From Lama guanicoe (taxonomy: Eukaryota), in contig MU053652.1 in assembly GCA_013239625.1 (NCBI GenBank), positions 4,391,902 to 4,453,901 of the forward strand: a DNA stretch of 62,000 nucleotides, read 5' to 3'. This document shows positions 12,436-49,790 of the stretch, in pieces. Positions within the stretch are counted from its first letter, which is position 1. Every line of letters begins with the position of its first letter. The notes below the pieces were generated by a model that had not been told where the DNA came from, made no database searches, and was given only the letters and a program-made list of their open reading frames with translations. The position numbers and the translations under genes were made by a program.

Positions 12436-14519
12436 AATCCTTACAAAAATCACGACAGAGGTACTATTATTATCCCCACTTCACAGAGGAGGAACCTGAG
12501 GCTTCGACAGGTTCAATAACTTGCCAAAATCATACAGGGGGTAAGGACAGAGCCACTGAAATGTTTAGGAAGGAAGGAGAGGGTATGACTCAGGGAGTGG
12601 GAGATTGGATTTACCAGGGAATTGTAATAAAATTTCTGTTGAAGTTTGCGTGTCTGTTGAAGTTTGTGGCCGTGAATTTGAAGCGAATCCAGCCAGCCAA
12701 GTGATGGAGTGTTCTCCAAAGATGCTCAGATGCCCCGACAGACAGACGCATGGGCTGGAGTAGGCACTGTGGGTGGGCAGGGGTGAGGGCATTGGGCAGG
12801 GCAGTAAGCAGCTAGGAGTAAGTGTGACCAGGGATGACTGAAGGGCTTGGGCTCCTGGTGATGATAAGGAGTGGGGGCCCTAGGGCCCCCAAGGACCTGG
12901 CATTGAATCCAGGTTCTGTGGTTTCTCCTCAGTGTGACTTTGAGCGACTTACCTGGCTTCTCGGGTTCCTCATCTGTGAAATGGGAATAAAGGCACTTCA
13001 CCCACATGGTTGGGGTGACAGAAAGCACATAAGAGAAGTAATAAGAGCTAATGGCTACCTGCCAGGCTCCGTGCTAAGTGTGCTCCCCAGTCATTAATTT
13101 ACTTAACTCTCACAAACACTCTGCTAGGTAGGTGCTGTTAGAGTCGCAGGTCACAGCTAAGAAAAATCAGCCACTGAAAGTTAAATGACTTGCCTGCAGT
13201 CACATAGCAGGAAGTATCAGACTCAGGATTTGACCTGGGAGCTCTCACCAGAGTCTGCTCTTAGCTGCTCCTCCACCCAGCCTCCCAGGGCCCTGCCTTA
13301 AAACAGGCACCATTTTCTTTAACCCTGGTGGGAACAGAAGTGCTATTTCCTTGTTCTTTTTCCAGCCGCTGACCCTGGCTTTCCTCTGCTCCTGTGAGCC
13401 TAGCTCCCGGCCAGCTGAGGACTGAGGTCAGGTCTCAGCACTGGCTTAAGACCTCCCCTCCTACTCCTGCCAACTGCTCGGGGCATATTAGGGGCCCGCA
13501 CTCCTGGGGGGGACACTGCTTCCTCTTAAGATGCATGGAGAGTGGACTGGGGGGGCCTTTAGTCTCATCCTAGGCTGGGGGGCAGGCTGGCTCTGATTTG
13601 CTGCCCTTTACGGCAAGGAGGGAGCCTGCTTTGGCGGGATTCATAGCTCCACCCACCATGTCCCCTTGCCTGTGAGCTTGGGGCCCACTCCCACCTCCCC
13701 TGCTTCCCAGCTGCACTGAGGAGTTTCCCAGCTTTGCGGCCCATGTGACCAGCTTCCCTCACTTCCTTTGGCCCCCTCCGCCTGCAGAGCCCAGGGCCGA
13801 GTCCTGTCTTTGCCCAGACTCATCCCCTAGGCCAATCCTGAGCCCAAGAGCTGGAAAATAGGCTTAGGTCAGCCAGCGAAGGGAAGCCTTGGCATGTGGG
13901 GCTCAGCCTGCAGCTGCTGGGTTGGATAGTGGTGGAGAGTAGAGTCCAGGAAGGAAATGTAGAGGTGGGGAGAGGGGAGACCGGGAGCCCTTGACTTCCA
14001 GACCTGGAGCAGCATCTCTTGTTACTTATTTACTGAGCACTTAGCATGCGCCAACCACGACCCTACCCTAGATTCTTTATCTAAATAGTCTCACTTAGTC
14101 CTCATCGCAAGTCTATTAAGTAGATATTATGATCTCCAGTTTACAAACAGGGAAACCGAGGCAAAGAGAAGTTACAGACCTCAGGGCACGTGGAATTAGC
14201 TGAGCAGGGATCTGAACCCAGCTCAATTTGCTGTTACAGTAAACGGGCAAGGAAGGGGAAAAGCTGAACTGGGAACCCCAGGGTGATGGAGTAACCCAAG
14301 GCGCAGACAGACCGGCTCTCTCAGAACTCACAAGCAATGAATTTGTGGGTTTTTAGGGCCTGCTGTAGGATCATATGTGGGAGAAGTCACCCTCACCCCC
14401 TCCCAGCTTCCTGCTCTCCTGGGGGCTCTCCTGAGCCAGGGCTGGGGTCAATGTACCCATCAAGGAAGCAGGCGCCACGGGGCTGGATGACAGACACCAG
14501 AAGCCCTCCCTGAACAAAG

Positions 14520-14615
14520 ACTGGGTGGGAGGCGGCCTGGTGTGTCCCCACCCCGCCTCTCCCAGCGCCTGCTGAGCTGAGACCACAGACAGCGAGGCAG
14601 GCAGGCGGGGCGAGC
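14520..14615 (+). promoter_or_regulatory. KCP proximal promoter/5' UTR with GC boxes
   Basis: CCCCGCC (~14551) and GGCGGGGC (~14604) just upstream of the ATG. Confidence 0.4.
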
Positions 14616-39223
<24,608 letters not shown>

Positions 39224-40150
39224 GCCAGGATGACACTACCAGGACTCCTCAGGCCAGAAGTCTCCCCTTGGCAAGCAGCTCCCACCCTGCCTGGGCACTC
39301 AGAGCCCAGGCCCGGGGCCCACAGAGACCCCAGCTGTGTTGAGTTGGAGCAGTAAACTTGGGGCCTCCCCTAAGGTTTCCTTTCGTGTATGTGTGCTTCC
39401 TCCTGCTGCAGGGGTTCTGGTGTGGGCTGCTTGGAACCTGGGATCCAGAGGTCAATGTTTCCAGGGTCAGGGTGGTGGCAGCTGTGGGACCTTACCCATT
39501 CTTTGCACCTGTACCCCGAGCCATCCCAATACCGAGTGCTCAGGCACTTCCTGGGCCACTCTAAGAGCTGGTGACATAGGGATCCCCCACCTGGAGTAGG
39601 GAACAGGAGAGACAATGTGTCTGTGATGACATACAGACACATGTGAAACCCATGTACATCTGTGTGTGTTCATAGCAACACCCACCCCAGATGGACATGT
39701 GGGAGGGGACACGTGCAACTTTCAAAGACATCCTTATAGGGGAAGGAATGTGGGTTTTGAAGTTGAAAAAAATCAATTTGACAAGAAGTCTCTTCAAAGA
39801 AAACTCTATTTTGAGTTCTCTTTGCCACCTACCAGGTGTGTGACCTTAGGGTTTTAGGGACCTTAGCTAAAAGATCGGGGCACACAATTCTCATTGCAGG
39901 AACCTTATTATTCCAACAGGGAGCAAAGGGAGAGCGAGCTTTGGGCTGAACTGAGACCCCCTCCCTGCTTGCTCAGCCCATTTCTGCTGGGGCCCCTTTC
40001 ACGGAGCCCTTACAAAGCAGTTACAGGCAGGACTGCTCATGGTGGCAGGAGGTGTGGAGACTACAGACCATCTCCTACACCCGTTCCCTCCCCTTGTCAT
40101 AAGTCATGCAAACTGTGTTCTCATCTGTCTGCATCTCACGTGTCTTGGGG

Positions 40151-40156
40151 AATAAA
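40151..40156 (+). terminator. Probable KCP polyadenylation signal AATAAA
   Basis: First AATAAA I found downstream of the KCP stop (39223). Confidence 0.55.
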
Positions 40157-40509
40157 CAGAGTAACCAACAGATAGCACTCTGCGCTCGGGCCACTTGCAG
40201 TGAGCACTGGGGAAGAGCATCCCTGCTTATACTTGGGACCACATTTTCCCAGAGCCTGATTCTCATGGCCGTCTGTCTCCAATGAAGAAGATAGTGCCAC
40301 CTGTTAGTTAGGGCAACTTATTCTCTGGGGCCGTTTTCTTGACTGTGAACTGGGGATGAGAGTAGTAGCACCTACTTTGTCGAGTTGCTTCGAGGAAGGA
40401 TTACACGGACATAGGCTTCTGTGTCCTGGCACACAGTAAGCTGCTGGGAGCTGCTGCTGTACTGGGCACATCACATACCCATACAATGCAGTTGCAAGCA
40501 TAACACGTA

Positions 40510-40712
40510 CAGTTGACATTTGGAACAATGGGCCTACTTATACTCAGATTTTTTTCAATGTAAATACTGCAGAACTACACCGTCCACTATTGGTTGACTC
40601 CTTGGATAGGGAGGAACTGCCGATACGGAGAGCCAACTATAAGTGATATCTGGATTGTCCACTGGGTGGAGGGTCAGCATCCCTAACCCCTGAGCTGTTG
40701 AAGGTTCAACTA
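40510..40712. mobile_element. TcMar-Tigger MITE (MER8/Tigger2-like)
   Basis: cagttgac...ttcaact terminal inverted repeats, preceded by TA. Confidence 0.7.
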
Positions 40713-41019
40713 TCTATGTAAAACTGATGCTCGTTCCGGACTGCAAATGAGCACCTGCACACACCTCTTTATCAGGATCTTACTCCTTACCCCACACTGC
40801 CACCCAGATGGCCAAGAAACCCACATCAGAGTCAGGTCAGCATCTCTATGAGACTTGGCTGAGGCCCAGGCCCTGGCTCAGATGTCAGGGAGTTGCATTA
40901 TTTAGCTCAGGAGCCTTTGTCTCCTCCTTGCTCCTGTCCCCAGCTCCTGGTCCTCCTCCTCTCTCGAGGAGCAGCAGAGGGAGAGGAAGGCAGGATCATC
41001 TTCACTGGCCCCCTACCCC

Positions 41020-44000
41020 ATGGAGCAGACAGCCACTCCTGGGGGCCGAGGGCTCCCTTGTAGCCTCAAGCAGGCCTTGGCCCTGTACCAGCGCATCTTC
41101 CACTGCCCTGCAGGCTTGGGCCAGCTCTGGGCTGCCCTGCAGCAGGTGAGGGCGGAGGGGCACTGTTTTCAAGGGGGTGGGCTCTCCGTGGGGCCTGATT
41201 CCACTTTGCCTCCCCAGGTACAAGAGGGCCAGGCCTGTCCCTCAGGCCTGGAACTGCCCACGGTGCTACTGCAGATGGAGCGGAGCCGGCGGGCCCAGGA
41301 GCAGGTAAGGTCCAGCCGGCCAGGGGATGTGGCAGAGGGCAGGGTGGGTGCCCCTTCACATTCTGGCACCCTGTCTTCCTGCAGCTCCTGTGGGACTTGG
41401 AGCTGCTGACCGGGGCAGGGCTGGGCCTCTTCTGGCCCCACCGGGCCCAGCTTTGTGGTCTGAGAGGCCAGGCCCAGTGTGCATGGAGCCAGGGCAGCAT
41501 GCCCCATGGTAGGATGGATGGGGGCTCTGAGCAGCGGACAAGTTGGGTGAGCTGAAGGCAGGGGGGCAGTCAGTGGGACTTTGGGACACTTAAAGTGGTT
41601 GAGAAGTAGAAGGGCTTAGAGATAGAGGGATCTGGGTTCAAATCTCTGCTGACGCTCCTTGTGATTGTGAGCCTGTTTCCTCAGCTACGAAATGGGGAAG
41701 ATAATAGCTCTTTCTCAGGGGGCTGCAGGGGGGACTGTATCTGGTACCCAGGACTGTCCCGGCTCGTTACCATTCCATAGTGAACTATCTTGGTCAAATC
41801 AACTGCGTGTTGACACCTAGAAGCCTTTGGACATGGCTGCAGTGCGGGAGGAAAGCAGGCCTGGTGGGGCCCAGAGGGTGGAGGCACTGATTCCCAGGGT
41901 GCCTCTGAGATGAGACCCTGAGCAGCCCCAGTGCCTGGTCCCTCCCTCCAGGAAGGAGGGAGCTGTGGTGACTGGGAACTAGGATGTGCCTCCCAGTCCC
42001 AGCTCAGCCGTCAACTGCCCGAGGCCTTTTGGGCAGGTTAGTAGCTGTGGCAGGAGAGGGTGTTAGCGATTACCACTGAAGAAGTGTCCAGCCAACACTT
42101 TTGGCCAGGACTACAGTCTCAACTGAAGGCTAGAGTGGGCAGGAGGGATCCATTTCCAAACTCCTTCACTTGGAGGGGAAGAGGAGGGTGGTCACACAAG
42201 GACACGGATACCAGGAGGAGGGATCACTGGGGGCTTGGAGGTCGCCCACTACACTGGAGGTTGATGCCCTATGGACTAGGCAGCCCCCAACCCTTCCAGA
42301 GTTCCAGGCTGTGCTCATCGCCTCCTGCTGAGGACTCCCTGAACCAGACCCATCAGCTCCTGGAGGGGTGAGCCTTTCTCCCAGGGAATTTCATCCACTC
42401 CATGTTGCCACACTAAGCAACCAAGCACTGGATCCTTCGTTCTGTCTCTCTCCATACCCCTGCCCATCGACCCCTCCTCATTCCCCCAGCTCCTCCTGGG
42501 GCTCTCACTCAATTGTATCCATAAATATGGTTGCCCACAGCCCCTGGAAAGGGTAACCTCGAGTTCCAGCTCCTGGGACCCAGTGATGGGTACAGAGTTG
42601 GGGAAAGATACCCTGGACTGAGCTTGGGTGTTGGAGTGGGACGGCTTAGCAGCCTACTGGGGGCAGGGAGTCTGGGAGGCAGGGTGCCCCTGTCTCTCCA
42701 GAGCCCAGATGCAAAAGGTGCATCTGAGGCAGTCTTTGCATTCCTGCAGGGGGCAGTCGGTGGACCCATCATCAGCCCGGGATCTAAGTGAAGCCAGGAG
42801 TAATGCAGACCCAAGGTGGGAGAGCCCTGGCATGCCTGCAGAGTCCACGCCTGGTACGTTGACAGGAGGGGTTAGCAGCCAGGAGAACAGGCGTCCCTGG
42901 GCTGGAGTGGCCAGCCTAGGTTGGGAGGATTGGGGAAGCCCTCACCCCAAGTCCTGGGATTTCAGTCCATCCTCACCTATTCCTTGCCTCGTACTTTTTG
43001 GGGGGGTGCCAGGGGCACCCAGGGACAACAGGTAGATTTTCTTTTATATGCCAATTCCACCTGATTAGTACCAGCTGTCTCAGGCACTGTGTCCAAGAGG
43101 ATTCTGAAGCTAAGCTGGGGTACAGAGGGGAGAGAGCTGGGAATCACTGTCCACGGCTGCCCAGGGAGGAGGGACTTGAATGGCCGCTCCAAGCTGCCTA
43201 GTTGCCACCCGCATGCCAGGCACTGGGGAGAAACAGCACAAGAGAGACTTGGCTCATCACTTGTCCTCATCTCTAAGGAAATCATAGCCTAGTGAGAGAG
43301 TATGACAATAAACAGGCGATCAGAACTCAGTAGGATGGATGCTGTGAGCCCTGGGCCTGTTAGTTTAAATGAAACAGGCTCTCAAGTGATTTGTTAAATA
43401 ATAGGCCTGGCAAAGTCATAAGCCTTCAATTGTGCCATCATGCCCGGGAGAGAGGAGGAAAGTGCCAATGATTATTTCTGACCGACAGAGAGATTTTTAC
43501 AAGTATATTATTACCTGGGAAGACATTGTGGGAGACATCAATTACAACACTACAACCAGAGAAATAAATGACCTAGTAAGACAACAGATCAGAATGACAA
43601 GGGGACAGGGGTTGGAGGTTATTTTCACAGTTCATAGCAATAATTTCTAAAGGCTTGGGAGTCTTATTAGATTCTTTTGTTTGAAACTCTTCAAAAGACA
43701 GATTTGTTTTCACAGAGAGCATTCCCATTTGGTTACTGTTATGAATATTCACACATCCATATTGCATAAAGATGGCATTTCTTGTGAGAGTTCTCAATTT
43801 AAGACCTTACAAAATCAAGTTCTTTTAACTAGTTTTATGGATGCAAAACAATGCTCCTTCCTCCACAGCTGCAAAGGAGCAGCGACATTTCATCTTTTTT
43901 TAGATTCCTTTTGTTCATTAGGAAGACTTGCAGTTTTTAGGTTAGCCTCTGGCCTAAAATTCCACTTCTTGAATTTCACTTGATTTTTCTGTCAGAAACC

Positions 44001-46724
44001 AAGAAAGAGCTAAGGAGGATTATCCTAAATAGTAAGAAACTAAGGTCCATATGGTGGGGCTGGGTAGGCACACAGGGATAAAGTGGGGGTAGTCCTTATG
44101 AAGGACTGACAAGCCAGGTAAAAGCAGTCCCTTCCTGCTCCTAGGCCTACCCTGGTGGTTCTGAGGAAGAGGGTGTGCAGGTTCCTCTGAGGTGGTCCTT
44201 GGCTGGGAGGATGAGGAAGATGGGGTCAGCTGTTGGCACGCAAACCTGACAAACAGGCACATAGCAGACTGTGTAAATAAAAGGGGAGTGATGAACTGTG
44301 ACAGCCTTGAAATCCCAATACCAGTCCTCAGGGTACCTCCCTGCTTCCATGCTGGGGACTCCCTAGGTTTCTTGGTTCTGGTTCTGGTGGAATGTGTGTG
44401 TGTGGGGGGTGCTGGGACAGGAGCAGAGGGCTCCCAACATCAGTCTTTGTCCCGCAGGTTGCTTACAAGAGCTGAACCCCACCACCACCGGCAGTTTTGG
44501 GGAACCAGGAAGCTCAGAGTTCAAGGTGAAAGGGTTGAAGGGTCCTGGGCAAGACCCCTCTCAGATTGGGGATAGCAGGGGTTTGTCTGGGAGGAGGCTG
44601 CTGGGGTGAGAAGCCCACTCACTGCCAGGTGGAAGAAGGGACTATCAGTGAAGCACCTTTTCTATTATATAACATGGATTTAATGAATTCAGGAAAAAAG
44701 GCAAGGGCCCTTACAGGCCCACTGGGGTCTCCAGGGTTCCATGCGGGACATGGCCCTAGCACAGGGGGTGCCTCAAAAACCTGGGTCAAAGTGTTCTTCC
44801 TTCCTAGGACCTGACCCAGAGGGATGAGAGGGGCCAAGCAGAGCCCACAACCCAGAGGCCCAGTCGATCATCATCCAGGAGCCTACAGGAGAAAAAGCTT
44901 GCTCAGGGAGCCCCAGGACCCTCAAGCTTCCCGCCCCAGGGCCTGCCAGAACCCCAAGATCCCCTGGAGGGGCTGGGCTGCAGCCCAGGCCAGGAGAGAG
45001 CAGAGCTTCAGAAGCTGCTAAGGATTGAGATGATTCAGAGTCAGAGAGAGGAGGACCCTCAGGAGCAGAAAGAAGAGACCCCTCAGGATCAGAGAGGGGA
45101 GGCCCCCCAGGGGAAGGACAAAGACTTTCCTCAGAGGAAGAGAGAGAAGACACAACAGGGTCAGAGTGTGGAGGCTATGCAGGCTCTGAGGGAAGAAGAG
45201 GTCCCTGAAGGGCAAAGGTGGGAGGCCCCCCAGGGTGAGAACAAAGAGGCTCCTCAAGGTCAAGACAGAAATCACTCTAAGTGTCAGAGAAAGGAGGCCC
45301 TCTTGGAGCAGAGTGAGGATTCTCCTCAGGGCCTGGAAGTGAAGATCCTTCAGTCTTCCGACGGCAGAGGCTGTCTCTCACAAGCCCTGGAGGTGGCTCA
45401 GGGAGAGGCGCCTACACTGCCCTCGGAGGAAGGCGGCTCCCTGGGAATTCCGGGGGACTTCTGCAGGTCCCTGGGAGAACAGATGCCGCAGCCTGAAAGC
45501 CGGGAGAGCCCAGGCCCCCGGGGAAGGACCAACCAGCTGATGCAGGTTAAGACTGATGCCTGGACAGGAGAGTCGGCATCGGCCGTGGGAGAGCAGGGGC
45601 CCGCCCGGGAAGGAACGTGGGTTCCCCTTCCGACCCCGAGGCCCCCAGCCCAGCCGCCACTCCCAGGCCCAGGAGTGGTGATGCTAGCGGCCCGACACAC
45701 TGGGGGCTCCGGGCAGCTGGAGCACCTTGCAGCTCCCTCGGGGCACCCGGGCCTGGTGCGCGATCCGTACGCGCTTCAGGGCCCGGGAGGAAGCCCCAGC
45801 CCCGCGGAGCAGGAGGTGGGCGGCTCCACGGGGCTCCCGGGCGCCCTCGGGGAGTCGAGGGGTGGCGCCGAAGCCCCCAAGGCCTCGAAGGCCGCTTGGC
45901 CCGAGCCCCCGGGCAGGAAGAGGTCGTCGGCGGGTGTGAGCGCGGCGCAGCAGGAGACGGCTCTTCAGCGGCTGCTGGAGCTGCACCGTGAGGCTAGGCG
46001 CCGCCGGCGGCAGGACCGCGGGCAGCAGCAGCTCCGGGTGCGCGGCCGGGCCGGGCCGGGCGGGCGGGCGGGCGTGCTGTCGGGACACCGAGGGGCGGCG
46101 GGGCGGCCGCTGACAGCCGCCTCCCCCAGGTCCTGGAACGCCTCCGCATCGCCAGGAACCGCCACTGCCGGGTGCACCCCCTGGGACCTCCACCCAACCC
46201 AGCTCAGCTCCCACCACAGGCAAGACCCCCCCCCCCAGGAGAAGGCAGTGGGGCCGTAACGACCCTGCCCGGGCGGGAGGCGGCGGCCGAGCTGGGCGCG
46301 ACCCGGGGCCCTTGGATGTGCTTGCGCCGCGCACTTGCAATGACACCTGCGGAGAGCGGGAGGGGCGGGCCTTCCCGGGTGCTGCCCCTGCTGGCCTCAT
46401 CGAACCCGGGCGCTGGGAGGCGCGGACGCTCAGCGCTCCGTACGGCCCCAGGAGGACGCGGCCGGGCAGCGGCGCGCCCTGCGGGAGCAGCTGGAGCAGG
46501 CGCACCGGGAGAGGACCGGGCGGCTGCGGGCTCTCGGAGCCAGGTGAGGGGGCGAGCGGGGAAATTTGTGGGGTCGTGGCAGTCCTCTTTCCCTGGCATC
46601 TGGGGTGACAGACCACTCTCTCCCCAGGAACACCCAGAACTTCCAGCAGCTACTGTGGCCCCCTGGCGCTGAGGAGCCTGGAGAGTATCGCTCACCATTC
46701 CCAGACTCCTCTAGTCACTGCTGA
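41020..46724 (+). CDS. Uncharacterised multi-exon protein (~742 aa): helical N-terminus, 8-aa E/Q/P repeat region, C-terminal R/Q/E/L-rich coiled-coil-like segment
   Basis: Exons 41020-41145, 41218-41304, 41385-41546, 41952-42036, 42280-42367, 42750-42853, 44458-44525, 44808-46037, 46130-46219 (GC donor), 46452-46543 and 46628-46724 join in frame (2229 nt) without an internal stop. AATAAA at 47138-47147. The middle exons (41952-44525) are less certain than the terminal blocks. Confidence 0.7.
45550..46600. promoter_or_regulatory. CpG island over the 3' exons of the uncharacterised gene
   Basis: Very high GC and CpG density by inspection. Confidence 0.7.
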
Positions 46725-46909
46725 ATCCTCAAAGGGATGATTAAGAGATGGGGGGTTAAGGAAAAAGCAAGAGGTCAGAGAGTTTCAGAACGGCCCAGAA
46801 AGCAGCCTCAGCGCCTGGGAGAGCCAGACAGACACACACGACAGCCTTGCCCCACCAAGAGGTGTGTTATTTCTTTTTATCCCCCCTCAGCCCACTACCT
46901 GGCCTAGGG

Positions 46910-49090
<2,181 letters not shown>

Positions 49091-49544
49091 AGTGCATCAC
49101 CTCACACAGGGCCAGGGTTCCACTAGCCATGCCCTCAGCACACCTCACATGCCTTATGTGCTGAGGCAGCAGCAGGCCAGGGCCCACTGGCCAAGAGCCT
49201 TGACCCCCAAACCTCTGATAGGACCCAGACTAGAATCAAAGACTTTCGGGTTTCCTGTGAATTTCGCTTCCATCCCTTGAAGTCATGTCCCCTCCCAGCC
49301 AATACAGACTCAAGTCGGGGAACCAGGGGTCTGGATGCCAGCCTCCTTCATTCCTCCCTGCCAGAGCTGGTCATCTCTGTTTCTGAGGACTCTTGGCACA
49401 ATCTTCTCAGTCCAACTCTTCTATGTTTGAGTCTTTGGCAGAATCTTTTCCAGCCCTGCCAATCCAATCCCCACCCAACGGCCTCATCCCACATGTGTCC
49501 TTTCTAGCACCCAGCCTCAGTTTGGAGAGAAGCAAGAACGTTAC

Positions 49545-49550
49545 TTTAAT
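49545..49550 (-). terminator. ATP6V1F polyA signal ATTAAA
   Basis: tttaat on the + strand about 240 nt past the stop codon. Confidence 0.55.
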
Positions 49551-49790
49551 TTAACAGCAACAATGACACTGTGTAACAGCACAGGGAAGAGGTAGTGGAG
49601 AGAAGACACTCAGGCTTCCTGTACCCTAACCAGCCTTGATTTTAATGGCACAGCCCCAGCAACCTAGAAGCCCCTCGCCTAGCCTCTCAGTGGAGTGGGA
49701 AGGGGCAGGGAATTGGAAATCAGAGGCTCAAATCTTAGAGAAGGGCTGATGGCAAGCCTGGGGAGAGGCTGCAGGGCTGTGGGGAGTCCC

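Noticed and set aside
1..14500. Possible partial FLNC pseudogene (human has one roughly 50 kb downstream of FLNC) or another gene upstream of KCP
   Set aside because: I saw no filamin-like sequence and no consistent exon chain; the ORFs are short GC-rich noise or repeat-derived.
45684..46616. 310-aa - strand ORF and other long ORFs in the CpG island
   Set aside because: Stop-poor because of extreme GC content and antisense to the better-supported + strand exons.
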